Counted from the stretch's first letter, positions 12,401 to 24,147 are shown. The stretch: 43,710 nucleotides of DNA from Mesotaenium endlicherianum (GCA_009602735.1 WELA01002374.1:1-43710); one strand, 5' to 3'. The notes: generated from the sequence alone by a model not told the origin. Program-made: numbers and translations.

Positions 12401-13372
12401 CTTGTTGCCTTGGATCTCCCACTGCCTAGAACTTCGAACCGGACTTCCAACAGAACCCAAGCAGCAAGAGAAGGATGATCCGCATGCATGCAGGTGCACA
12501 AGAATCACCCCAGTAGTGCCTCCACCTGAACTTTCCGTCCGTCCCTCTCTTTCCTTGCAGAGCCTCTGAAGTGTGAAATTTCTCACCGTTGACTAAAAGG
12601 AAAACTGAATTCTTCAATGCGAAACTCGACAATTTAGACTCTAAAAGCCTTGATGATGACCCATGGAAAATATTGACATTTTTTAGTTGAAGTTCAGCTG
12701 AATGCATTGTTGTCAACTGAGAGGAGACAAAGCGAGGTGGCGGCATTGGGCAAGATGCAGGCAGCACACCTCCCACATGTGCGAGCTCTCTTTTTTCACT
12801 TTCTCCGGAAACTCGGCATAGAAGATGCTCTCCTCCAATTGCGCGCTCGTCTTGAGCACGCGAAAGATTTCAAGTGCATTCACGAAGGCGTCTCTGCACA
12901 TTGCAACAGACGGTTGTCGACAGGATGAGAATTCGAGTGTGACGAGAATGGCTTTGCACCATTGAGAAATGAAGTACAAAGGAGATGAAAGATGTCGGCA
13001 TATTGACTTGTCAGAGAGGTTGAGTAGCCGCACATAGTCATTTTTGTTGAATTTCCACATGTATACATTTATAAATGTATTTATGTCTTTATGTATGTGT
13101 ACAGTGTACATACGCGCACCTGATAATTGTACGTCACTCTGGTCACGACGAAGCCTTTGTTCTCAGCCATGCATCTTTGACAAGAGACCGCTACAACGTA
13201 TATATTTATTTGTTGCAGCATACACATTTACTTGTATTCTCCTATCAAATGTGGGCACAGGAATGCCCAGGTACCTGGTGAAGCCAGTGTAGCGCGTGGA
13301 AATTGCGATCTCCAGCTTCCCCGTCGAGTTGCTCACCACTGTCAAACACACACACACACACACACACACAGG

Positions 13373-13415
<43 letters not shown>

Positions 13416-16400
13416 TGTATGGGTGTTAATATAGACGTCGCCTGCACGGCGCAAGAATGTATTTCATGAGTTATAGGCATTTCATTCCTTCAGCGGTTGT
13501 TTACTAAGGTCACAAAGTTGCCAGAGCATAAGTTCAGATGGCGTGATTTCAAGCCAATGTGAGCTGGGATTTCGAAGAGCCAGCAAGAACAGCGGCACAA
13601 AACCCCTAAAACTTTTTCTTAACTCTAAACCCGAAATCCTAAACCCCAAAGCCCTGGACTCAGAGCCAAAATTGTTAACGCCCATCGTGTGTGATGACTC
13701 TAAGTTGTATAAGGAAAGAGAAGTCACCGTGGAAGTCTTGCACTACCGCCGATTGGGTGGCGCCGATGAGAGAGAACACGTCCAGAGCCGGCGCAACCTC
13801 GACCCCGTCGACAACCACCCTCATCACCCTCACGCCCTGGTGCGCGCAAGAGGAATGGAGGAAGAGAAGAAGGACAGGCGGGAGACACAAGTACAGAAAA
13901 TTTACAACTGCAGTTTGATATTTAGGGTTTCGGGTTCAGTTAAGAACTCAGAAACGCTTCATCGTCCGGCTGACGCTACTCCTCAATATTTTTGAGAGTG
14001 ATAAACGAGCAAGTAGAGCGCTTCCCTATGGAGAACATCTCACCCTTGCTTGCTATTGATCAAAAAAAGGAAGTGACTATTAAGACACATATATACAGAT
14101 ACACATGTACACAGATAGATATATATAGGCACATGATTTCAAAGACATATATCTATGTCCATATGTTTCATTCCAGTAAAGCCGGACGGCAATTGAGACT
14201 GACCTGGAGGTCCAGCATCATCTCAGCGAAACCCAGCCTGATGAGTAGGGGGGCGTTGGGCTGCACGTCAAACTCGTACAGGAGAGGGTGGTCGGTTCCG
14301 TTGTAATCGTTTTCCGTCTCATGGCCGTTGGTTGTCGTCCTCAGGACCTGGCACATATACAGTTTCCGATCACTTTTAATCAGAAGAGAGTACTGTAGTA
14401 GGAGGCTTGTAAGACTTACGAGATGGTAAGGTCAGCGAAAAGAGAAGTTTGATCAGTACTTTGAGCGACCTATATATAACGCTGATGTGAGTATGACAGG
14501 CCGGTATCTCTCAAATGAAGCTGTAACGTCCCGTAACATCATGGCGTTACACAAGTGTGCCAGAGAAGAAGATGACCAGAAGAAAAAATGAAAAAGTAAC
14601 TACAATAAGTCACAGTTTTTTTACCCGGGCGCATGTAGCCTTGATACTTTGGCACCAACGCAGTACTTCCCAACTCACACAGAGGACAACCTTACAAATT
14701 TAGAGTTGGGAGTTTTGCATGAGTCTACAGGTGTGGCTGAAGTTGCACAGTAAATTCTACGTCTCAAATCTCAACTGCGCCCTGTCACTCGTCCTGTGGA
14801 GATAGAGCACCCTACTCAGCACCTCCAGTGATAGTCCATCAGCACGTGGACATGCGCGTGCACGCGCGCACGCACACAATCACATACACACACACACACA
14901 AACACAACCACACAGACACGCGCACACACGCAAGCACACACACACGCACACACATACATACACACATAAAGGCATGCAAGAATGCGCACACGCAGGGACA
15001 CGCACAAAAGCACGCACACGCAGACACAGACACACACACACACACACACACAAGTATGTACACATGCGCTCACGCACAGACGCACGCAAAAATGCACACA
15101 CGCGCACTCACCTACACAGTCGCTCGGAAGACACGCATGCAACACAAAGAGTCACACCAGCTACTTTTGACGAGAGCTTGAAACAGTCGCGTCTGACAAT
15201 TTTAGCAAGAGAGAGAGAGAGAGGATGAATACATTCGGAACTCTGGAATCACGGCTCGAGGTTCAGGGTTCTGGATGAACACCACCCATCTCCGGTGATT
15301 CCCCCCTGGCCATCAGGGAGGAGGGGCTGAACTTTCCCTCTAGACTTCAGAAAGATTTGCGAGCGCAGGTGCTGACCTTGGACTTCATGACCTGCGGCCG
15401 TGCGCTAGCGTTTCATAGTTCGGGTTTAGGAATCGGCATGCGGCTTGAAAATTGTCGGGCTTAGAATCATCAAATTGGGGTTTGAGTCTCCTGATCTAAA
15501 ATTGAGAATTTTTTGGGTTTCACGGTTCTAGGAAGTTCTGTCCGAGTTTTCAGGGCTTTGCGCTCAGGCTCAGGGTTTAGGATTTTGCTTTCGAGATTTT
15601 TTGGACACAGAGTTTGTGTGTTTTGGATTTCGGGAGCAGGAGGAAGCTCACGCTCATCAAGCTGGTTGAGGGTTTAGATTTTAGGCTTTCCGGTTTAGGA
15701 CTCCCGCACTCACTTGGTAGGTGAAGAGGGGGAGGAGGTCCGGCAGCGCGTTGGTGTTGGCGATGGCCACGCGCGTCGTGTCGATGTAGAAGAGCACGTC
15801 GCGCTCAATGTGCGCCAGCTCAGCAGTGCGCAGGAACGCCACGTCGGGGGTCCACACGCGCCCCGCCACGTCGGCGTAGGACACGTTGGCGCCGGCTGAG
15901 AGGCGGTGTTCGGTGGCTGCGGGGGGGCAGCGGGTGGCCGGCGGCAGGTGGCAGGTGTCAGGCGCCAGCGGTTGGCAACAGGTGGCGGACAGGCGGGTGA
16001 TGGGGTGACAGAGAGGGGGCGTGCAATGGGCCAGCAAACGTTGTCAGTGTCAGTTAATTTGAGCTGGCTTTGCATGTCTTGTTTTCAAGTGTGACCAGGG
16101 TCATCACTAATTGCACACGTATTTTATGTATACATAACTGTATCTATACATAGAGATATATATATATATACATGTATTGATATATATTTATCTTTACATA
16201 TCAATTATTACATATATATTTATATTTTACTTAAGCACACATGTATATCCACTTATACCTGTATAATTGCACATACATATAATAACAGGTGTCGTACATA
16301 TGCCATTGCGCGACGTCTTCCCCCGTCCCCCTCTTATTAGACACCCTTAATTTAGAAGCGGATGACTGCATATAAAAAGAATCATGATGATGACAATTTT

Positions 16401-19400
16401 CTTTTTCCATACTTTCAGGGACACACGCGTGTCACCTCCTCAGAATATCTCGTAGAAGTCTACATGTAGGTAGACCCAAGGGGGCGAGCTTTAGGGGCGA
16501 GCTTCAAGCTTTCAAATCAGGATTGGGAAAATTAGAGTTTGTCGCTTTTGGGATTAGGGTTAAGGTTTAGAAAGAGAGCATGACTAGGATCACAGTCTAT
16601 AAGTTTTTATTCTAAGGTTCTGAGATTTTGAGGGTTTGGGATGAATCTTGGGATGAATCGCGTCACTAACCGAGAACGGTGGCGTCGCGGGCTGATGTCG
16701 TTAAGTTGTACATTCCGTCGGGTGCGGGGGTGACCTGCCAACACAATTTGGAGCGTAATGTGACAAGTCATGCATTGGGACTTGGGGGTATCCCTTTTCC
16801 CTTTGTAAGATTGAGAATTTGGGTTTCTGGTTTAGGGCATGCGATGATTGCAGAGACGTACACTGAATTCATGTGCCAGGGTCCGTGCAGAGATAAAGGC
16901 CAACAAGAGAATGCAAACGATCTGAAACCTGCACGCGCTTAGCTGCCACGCATTTCTTTTTTTGGGTCTTAAGATATAAGTTATAGAGTAACTGGTGTAG
17001 TTTTGAATCCACTGCCAGTACCAACGATTTGACAGTATGACCAGAACAGAAAAGTCCCATCTATGCAGACACAGACTTTGTATATCTCTGTGTGTAACCA
17101 AAGTAAAAGATTAAAGAGAAAAAAGGAACCAGTATTAAAAAAACCAAAGCTTACCCGAGGCTTAAAACCCTACCTATTTCAAATCGGATACCCTACATTT
17201 CAAGCGCCAAGCCCTAAAAATTTCTCACCGCAATGCCGCAGACCATCGGATCGCCGATCGGCCCTCGGATGAAGCTGATGTCCAGGGTGCCGTCGTACAC
17301 GGGCACCAGAAATTCTTTTCTGACCGGCGTGAGCACGGGCAGGCTGAAACTTCCGAGCACAGTGGCCCCCTCCATGCTGACGTTGAAGATGCGCTTGAGT
17401 GGAATCCGGTACAGGATCTCGGCAAAGTCCAAGCGCACCCAATAGAAGCCGGCTTTGGGAACCTGCTCTCTAAATGCAAAACAATACACACACATATTCA
17501 TATATATGTACATATTTACATATTTGTATACGTATTTACACACATATATATGTGTATATATACATTTACACGTATCCTAGTTATGTAGTTTTTTGTTTAA
17601 ATTTTGCACAAACAATAGGTTTGCATGCTACCATCAAAATTTGAGTGATATTTAGACGGAGGTGCAAAATGAAAACAGTGATGGATGAAAATGGTGGACT
17701 TGAGTTTAATAATAATGTGCTGCACAAAAATCAGGATAGTACACTCTTACGAAGATGCCGCAGTTTTGTCGTGTTCAAGGCACGCACGCGAAAGCAGGTT
17801 CACGTGTATACGTGTATGTGAGAATTCAAACTTGCCCCATGCTTGCAATACACCCGATCTGATGTACAATATCCTATTTGAATAGTTGACTTTTTATATC
17901 CAATTTATGTTAGCCAAAGGAGAGGGAGAAACAGCAAAAGAAAGTGAGCCAATAGAGGGGGGGGGAGGGGAATGGGGAGCTCCAACTGCACCTGTATGGC
18001 GTAGGAGTTGACCGACTTGTCCTGCCCGCCAAAGTAGCGCATGCTCAGAAACTGTTGCTGGTCCGTCGCGTTCGCCGGAAAGCCGCTGAAATTCAGGGCA
18101 GCGTTTGCATTGGAGAATGTTTCTCCCGCAAAATAGGACTGGTCCGTCAACCACAGGGCTTTGGATCCATTGAACCCGGACCCTCCGCAGTCCAGGAAAG
18201 TTCCTGCAGGGAGAGCGCGGGCGACACATGGTGATGTTCTTCAAACAATGCAGAGATAAGACGGAGCCAGTAGGAAATTCATGGAAGGGGGGGAGGGTAT
18301 CTGGGGAGGCAGAGGGGAAGGGGGAAGCGGTGGGACAGGGCCGATGTGGGGAGAAGGCGAGGGGGAGGGGGGAAAGGAGTGAAATGNGGAATGCAGAAGA
18401 CTGAAAAGACCAGGAGCGACGAGAAAAGGTCGAGAGGGGTTCTTTTCGGCCGTGCAACTCCGTGGGCAATTGCGTGACAGGTGGCAAACGAGGTCTTTGG
18501 CACACCACTAGGGCCTAGGGCCCTAGGTCTATGGTCTACGCTCTAGGGTTCCAGGGTGTGCTCCTATGGCTCTAGGTCTAGGGTCTAGGGACCAGAGACT
18601 AGGGACTAGGTTCTAGGGTTTAGGGTCTGGGGCCTAGGGTCTACGGCTCACCTTTAGAATCTACGATCTGGGGTGTAGGGTTTAGGGTGTACGTTTTAGG
18701 TCAGTTGTTCAAGGGTTGAAGTCTAGCGTAAAAGTTCCAGGAGTTTCAGCTCCCCGAGATTTTGTTCCTCTCGTGTTCTGGGCTTGTCACGTCTCAGGAT
18801 TGAAGGGGCAGGTGTGTTGGGCTTGAGGGGTGGAGCCAGCGCCATGTGGCAATTTCTCGTGAAGCAGGATAACTACAAACAGCTGTGGGGGTGAACCCTG
18901 CTGCCGAGTCGTGCCCAGTCAGCACGTTCGCGCCATTTGGCACATTCTGCTGAGTTTCTACTCAATCAGGTTGGGGATGACTGCCGCCCTTTCTGCATGA
19001 TATCATTAATCATCCACTATCTAGTATCTTATACCCCTTATTCATCGCGTTATGGCTCATAATTTTATGAATGTGATCACCCTGCATGCAAACAACAAGG
19101 GCAGGAGCAACTATTAAGGTGAAGGCTCTATACTTTGGGTGTCTAGCTTGGCACTAAGAAGCTGAATAAACTCTATAGGGTATAAGGATGTGGGCCTAGG
19201 GCTAGGTCTTGAGTTGATTCATCACGAATCTACTAGTGGTGCGTGTGTACTTGTTGCAATTCCTGCGACTCTATGCAATAGACAAGGAGGAGGAGGAGGT
19301 AAAGGAGGAGGAGGAGGAGGGCCAGCTGTCAAGTGTGTGTTGCACGACTCAGCCTCGGTCCTTCATAGTCCTCTTTCCTGTTTCCGGGTGTTTCATTTCT

Positions 19401-20918
19401 GACATCTGGTGGTTAGGGCTCTAGCAGGAGTCAGCGTGCCCCTAAAGTTTGTCAACTCTCCTCTGACCCGCACATCTCCTCAACCTATCCGTTCCCTACG
19501 ATGAGGCAAAAACACGTTCTTCTTGTCGACAGGGCACGTGTGCAATAGAGGGACAAGAAATTGACGCAGGAATGGGCGGGGGGAAATTTTGTCATTCATA
19601 TCAAGGCCCACGATGATATAGCACCCCCGGAAAAACAACAAAACAAAATATACGTGTATCAGTATATCAAAGAATCGATACATCTGGTGTTACATCTAGT
19701 GTTATCATCCCATCTTGAAACTGACAGCTCCTCCCATCATTTGAAGCTAACCCTGCCCGACTCCGCGGGACAACCGCAAGCCTCAACACGCTGGTGGGAA
19801 GCCCGCATACTCCAGACTTCAAGAGGATCTCACAAGAACTGACAGTCACCGTCATTCTACACCAGCTTTCTTTGATAACCAGAAAGCCCCTTCGTGTTAA
19901 GAACATTTACCATTCAGCCCCAGTTGGTGCGCGCACCTCCTCTTGCTAGCATACGTTTGAAGGTATCCTTATTTCCATCTTTGATATATTCAGATTAGTG
20001 AAGGAAGACGTATGCTAGCAAGAGGGGCTGCCGTGTGGAACTCAAAATATGAATTAGGCCCTCTTCCAAACGCTCACTCGAAGCCCCAGCACTAACCAAA
20101 GGCCCTGCGGGTAACCAGTAACCCCCCCCCCCCCGCCTTCCTCTCTCTGGGTCAGCTCGCAGAGAGAGACATTCACAGAGCTTGCACAGCTTGCAAAGCT
20201 TGCATGAGCACGGACGCTGGCAACGCGACACCTGGACTTTTTTTTCCGAAAGCGCGTAATTTCCTGCAGGCAGAGCTGCGAGCCGAGGCCAGTCGACCCA
20301 CAGGAGGATTCGACGCGTGGGCACTCGGGGGGATTTGATGACAGGCTGCACGTGCGTCGGGCATTTGCTAAGATGAGGCTGACAAGAAAAATTGATCACA
20401 TGACACTAACACATATATGTGGTTGGCAGTTGAGTACGTGTATGGTTGGCCGTTGTAAATCTGCACATTAATAGAGGACTGCCTGCTCAGATGCCTTGCC
20501 TTAGCTTGTATGTTTTCGCATGAGGACAGCTGGCTGGGCCGGGGAATTTTCTGACGGAGCGCACAACTGTCATAATCTCCAGCGCGGCCAAATTTGCCTG
20601 CATACTCAAGTGGCCATGTGGTGCTGATAGCTGTACATCCTCCTCATCCTACGCCTCCCTTTTCTACGTATGCAATTTTGTGCTTGAACGGGGAGAGACT
20701 TTAACCTATGAACGTGTACATCTACGTATTATGTACATCTGTATGAATGAATGCACGTAAACACACATACAAACAATCAAAATAAAGCTTAGTTCATTCT
20801 CTGATCATGAGCTGTGTGACTAAAAGGGTGGTCGCGCACGTGCAGTGTGTGTGTGTGTGTGTGTGTGCGTGCGCATGTTCGTGTGCACGTGTGTGTATGT
20901 CTGCGTGTGTGTCTGTGC

Positions 20919-20956
<38 letters not shown>

Positions 20957-22030
20957 ACGCGCGCGCGTGTGTGCGCGCGGGTGTCTGTGTGTGTGCGCGT
21001 GTGCGTGCGAGCGAGCGTGTGTGTGTGTGCGTGAGAGCGAGCGTGTGTGTGTGCGTGCAAACGTGTGTGCACGCCACGTGCAAGTGCAGATGAGTAGATT
21101 TGAACGAAGAGGACCTCACACAAGAAACAAAGAGTGAGTAGAACGCATAGGGAAATTTAAATAGACAGTAGGGTTCTCCGTTGAATACTCTTGCACAAAA
21201 ATGGAAGAGCATTCGTGGAGGAAAACAAATTATAAATTCACAAAGCGCCAGGAAAAGGTACCGTCCATTCACACAACAAGGGTGGGGACGGATACGCTGT
21301 ATCTTACCTTGAGCATTTCGTTAGATCAGCATTGTTAAACATGTTGGAGAATTCTTGTCAGCAATGGGTTGCCTATTGGGTGCACAAGTAAGGCAATAGA
21401 AGAAATATCAATTCTTCATGAGGCTTTCAAAGGGAGAAAGGGGGGGGGGGNNNNNNNNNNNNNNNNNNNNNNNNNNNNNNNNNNNNNNNNNNNNNGGGGG
21501 GAGGAATGGGAGGGGAGGAGAGGGGGGCGGAGAAAATAAAAGGCGTTCTTTTGAACTTCATTCCCTGAGAATGCTATTGTTGTAACAGAGGGCTGGTAGG
21601 GGCCATCTTCATATATAAAGCATCAAGAACCTCTCAAGGAAGTGCCAGTAAGGGATGTTTTATTGTAGGCTAATGCTCACTCGAGCACACCCGAAGGGCG
21701 TTTTGGGGGAGGGGGAGAGATGTATCCTGACACACACGCACACACACGCATAAACTTAGAGACGAGAAAGATAGCGCAGGCATAGAAAGGGCAAAAGAAA
21801 GGGAGCGCCTGGGGGGGGGNCAGCAGCCCGTGCCTATGGACCACGCCGGGGGAGGGGGAGGGGGTGAGGGGGAGGGGAGATACATGGGGGAGGGCTCTGT
21901 GAGAGAGAGTACCCTTGACAGGCGCGGCTAAGCTGAGTACCACAGCCACCATCAGCGTCAGCACTGCAGTCATCACTGCCACCGTAGATTGCTCCGATCT
22001 AAGCTCCTTTTGGCTCCTCACTACCGCCAT
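3744..22030 (-). CDS. RLK-A: malectin-like receptor-like kinase (CrRLK1L/FERONIA-like architecture), spliced gene
   Basis: Exons in transcript order: 22030-21913, [20345-20232 tentative], 18203-17992, 17462-17229, 16734-16671, 15916-15714, 14347-14204, 13836-13728, 13338-13275, 12893-12770, 11914-11758, 10403-10246, 9181-8962, 7609-7498, 6798-6750, 6201-6084, 5353-5169, 4734-4612, 3965-3744. All introns GT-AG and phase-consistent; 909 aa with the tentative exon, 871 aa without. Signal peptide; malectin motifs [38 protein letters not shown] helix; kinase motifs [44 protein letters not shown]. Confidence 0.93.
3994..4037. repeat. (AT)n microsatellite in the last intron of RLK-A
   Basis: Uninterrupted AT dinucleotide run. 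Confidence 0.95.
4612..4734 (-). CDS. RLK-A exon 18 (kinase X-XI)
   Basis: VSPFLKEG...[15 protein letters not shown]; donor GTAATC. Confidence 0.85.
5169..5353 (-). CDS. RLK-A exon 17 (kinase VIII-IX)
   Basis: [33 protein letters not shown]...NLVEW. Confidence 0.95.
5451..5560 (-). pseudogene. Two decayed intronic copies of the intron/exon-17 junction of RLK-A
   Basis: 5451-5490 reads TGTGTGCGCTCGCACGATACCTGGACCTCAACTACTACGC on the sense strand (acceptor CAG changed to CAC); 5540-5560 reads TACGGGCCCCAACTACTATGC. Confidence 0.8.
6084..6201 (-). CDS. RLK-A exon 16 (DFG and activation segment)
   Basis: VADFGLSRL...[11 protein letters not shown]. Confidence 0.93.
6641..6676. repeat. (CATTTGGCG)x4 tandem repeat
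   Basis: Four exact 9-bp units. Confidence 0.95.
6750..6798 (-). CDS. RLK-A exon 15 (catalytic loop)
   Basis: [16 protein letters not shown]; weak donor GTCTTT. Confidence 0.9.
7498..7609 (-). CDS. RLK-A exon 14 (kinase VIa)
   Basis: [31 protein letters not shown]. Confidence 0.94.
8962..9181 (-). CDS. RLK-A exon 13 (kinase subdomains II-V)
   Basis: VYKA...VAVKRL...[29 protein letters not shown]...LVYEY. Confidence 0.95.
10246..10403 (-). CDS. RLK-A exon 12 (juxtamembrane and Gly loop)
   Basis: [28 protein letters not shown]. Confidence 0.92.
11758..11914 (-). CDS. RLK-A exon 11 (transmembrane helix)
   Basis: [25 protein letters not shown] followed by basic ARRKHR. Confidence 0.88.
11950..12186 (+). 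repeat. Degenerate telomere-like (TTAGGG-type) intronic array
   Basis: Repeated GTTAGG/TTAGGG/TTAGGA/TTAGAG units. Confidence 0.8.
12770..12893 (-). CDS. RLK-A exon 10 (end of malectin B and stalk)
   Basis: [14 protein letters not shown]...SHMWE. Confidence 0.87.
13275..13338 (-). CDS. RLK-A exon 9
   Basis: [15 protein letters not shown] equivalent is [10 protein letters not shown]; phase 1-2. Confidence 0.85.
13728..13836 (-). CDS. RLK-A exon 8
   Basis: [25 protein letters not shown]; phase 0-1. Confidence 0.82.
14204..14347 (-). CDS. RLK-A exon 7
   Basis: VLRTTT...[22 protein letters not shown]. Confidence 0.88.
15714..15916 (-). CDS. RLK-A exon 6 (malectin B start)
   Basis: ATEHRLSAG...[11 protein letters not shown]; donor GTGAGT. 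Confidence 0.9.
16671..16734 (-). CDS. RLK-A exon 5
   Basis: [21 protein letters not shown]; phase 0-1; homologous to RLK-B 28803-28860. Confidence 0.82.
17229..17462 (-). CDS. RLK-A exon 4 (malectin A)
   Basis: [14 protein letters not shown]...RIFNVSMEG...GDPMVCGIA; 234 nt, same length as the RLK-B exon. Confidence 0.92.
17992..18203 (-). CDS. RLK-A exon 3 (malectin A start)
   Basis: [21 protein letters not shown]...SMRYFGGQD; homologous to RLK-B 27669-27874. Confidence 0.9.
18508..18700 (+). repeat. Degenerate telomere-like (CTAGGGT/TTTAGGG 7-mer) intronic array
   Basis: Repeated CTAGGG, TCTAGG and TTTAGGG units. Confidence 0.75.
20232..20345 (-). CDS. RLK-A exon 2 (tentative N-terminal segment)
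   Basis: GTGCAG| ... CAG|GTGTCG, 114 nt, phase 1-1 like RLK-B exon 2; encodes [38 protein letters not shown]; no sequence similarity to RLK-B exon 2. Confidence 0.4.
21913..22030 (-). CDS. RLK-A exon 1 (signal peptide)
   Basis: [39 protein letters not shown]; donor G|GTACTC, phase 1; similar to RLK-B exon 1. Confidence 0.8.
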
Positions 22031-22096
22031 CTGTCTTCCCCCTCGCGCACTCTCTAAGCAGGAGTAAGCCTGATGGTTTTCTCGACTGTATTTGTA

Positions 22097-22126
22097 TCTG
22101 TACGTGGACCGTCTGCACGTGGACCG
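22097..22126. promoter_or_regulatory. 15-bp tandem repeat carrying two ACGTGG cores (ABRE/G-box-like) upstream of RLK-A
   Basis: TCTGTACGTGGACCG TCTGCACGTGGACCG; G-box CACGTG at 22116-22121. Function is inferred only. Confidence 0.3.
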
Positions 22127-22195
22127 TATAGAGATGCTTGTTTGCAGCCTAACCAGTGGCAAGTTTGCTGGCCTAGTTAGAAATCATGAGCCACA

Positions 22196-22241
22196 AGTCA
22201 ACTGCGTCAACTGAGTCAAATGCGTCGACTGAGTCAACTGA
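22196..22241. promoter_or_regulatory. 9/18-bp periodic repeat with three W-boxes upstream of RLK-A
   Basis: AGTCAA (TTGACT on the - strand) at 22196, 22214 and 22232; TGAGTCA at 22212 and 22230. Confidence 0.35.
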
Positions 22242-24077
22242 GGAAAAAAGACTTCTGTCCTCCTAGCTCGCAACGTGTACGGTGCCTGACTAGGAACCCC
22301 TGTTGAAAGTAAGAGATCATAAACAAAAGGGGCTTGGCGTTGCCTGATTGCCTGATTGCGAAACAGTAGAGCAGGCACGGCAAGACTGTCCAGGTGTAGT
22401 ATGTGCAGACTGTCAAGGAGTAACTGCGAGCAGATCTTTATAAGAGCTGCAGCTGACTGCTCTACAAGGCTGCTATGTAAGCGGAACGCCTCAACCGCTG
22501 GATTGCTCAGCTTTGCCTGTAAGCTGCATCATATGCGCCGCTGGTTTGAGCAGAACATGGAGGGCTGAGATGGAGCGAAGAAACGCTGCGGATGGTTGTC
22601 GAAAGATCTTCTCAAGTCTCTCTGCGTGAAAACTTACAGTCTGAACTAAGACGCTTAGCCCAGGTTTTCATGCCTCCGTGATCAAGTCAGAGCAAGCATA
22701 CGTTCTGCATACAGCGTATGCATCACAGCGTACCTCTCACTTGTGCCTGACGGAGGGGGATGCTTGTTTCCAATTTTTTACTGTTGTACTAATCTGCTAT
22801 TGCTATTAGGTACTGCTGAGCACCCTCGTTTGAAAATGCTGGGCTGTATTTGTACTGTTCCGTATTGCATGCAAGGGAGCTTACATTTTCTAAATTAAGA
22901 ATTTGTAATAAAGTTCCTGATTTTCGTCCTATCTACTCCACTCCTCGGTCGTCAGTGGGGAAAGCCGTCGCCCTCCGTCCACTTGGGAACCCAGGGAGCT
23001 CTAGGCAGAGGGCGGCTAAAGGGCGGGCAGTATAGATAACTCTGCGTACCTAAAAAAATGGTAATAGGAATAGGAAATCTTGCTGTTTGTAACTAGACGA
23101 GCTGCAGAATTTGAAATGGACGACTCTGCATGTCCTCTGCATGAGTGCACCTAGAGTGCACCTCGCGCGACTTTCTCTTGTGCTCTGGGCTACCTTGAGC
23201 ATTTCTATTTAGAGACGACGGAAGCATACAGTGTACAATTGGTGACGAGACCGTTCGACATTTGCTTTCATCTTCCAGCGGTGAACGGCAAACTTATCTC
23301 TGAAGCCGGCGACCCGTTTGCTGCCCATCTCGACATTTCGTGAGCGATAGTGACCGGGACTTTGAAGACCCAAAAACGACGGGCATTTTTAGTGTTCCAA
23401 TAGCTTTGTAGTTTCCGGCTTTTCTATACTATATGCAATTTGTTTATAATCTCAACATCATAATTTTGTCAACATCAAAAATTGTGGAATCTGCAAGCAT
23501 TCTCGAGGCCGTCAAGTCTAATTTATGGTGCCCAAAAGGTATCGGCTGCTGCATGGGCGGCATGCTGCTGTGGTCAACGTTTACTACTTCGTGTTCCTCA
23601 TACGGATGCTGGCTAAATATTTCCATCAGAAGGCTGGACGACCTTTCTCGGTGGTATCTGAGGTGATCTAAGGTGTAAGCCTCAGCCATCCAGCTTGACC
23701 GACCTGGTACAACCTAACATTCAACGAATTCGACCCCTCCACATGGAAATGCATCGAACAGTTCAACGGTGGCGCAGGTGAACAAATTACTGACGTTGGC
23801 GAAATGGGCCGATAATGACAATCTTGAAATCGCGCTGAGCCTTCCTCAAAATTAGGGGTACATCCGTATATGGATAAAAGTGAGACAAACAAGATCAAGC
23901 CAGATCGAACATAATTGTTTTCGCTCCAGCCGCCCCTTAACGTCCGGATTACAGCCAGTAGCAGTCTCAACGATGGGTAGGAGTTAGAGGACAGGATGGG
24001 GAAGCCCCAAGGACAGGCCAAGCAGGTGCATCAAAGTGCATCAATGCCTTGACTTCAGGACTTCGGGGTGCGGCATC

Positions 24078-24147
24078 GGACTCCGAGTCTTCGAGACTCC
24101 GGAGTCCGGAGTCCAGAGTCTGGAGATTCTGGAGTCTGGACTCTGGA
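24078..24147. repeat. 7-bp GGAGTC(C/T) repeat cluster with inverted copies
   Basis: Contains the palindrome GACTCCGGAGTC and several direct GGAGTC/GAGTC units. Confidence 0.8.

Noticed and set aside
23444..23689. 81-aa minus-strand ORF in the region between the RLK genes, considered as a peptide ligand or TE remnant
   Set aside because: No signal peptide, no RALF-type YISY/Cys pattern, no recognisable domain, and it lacks the GC3-rich codon usage of most real exons here. Unresolved without a database search.
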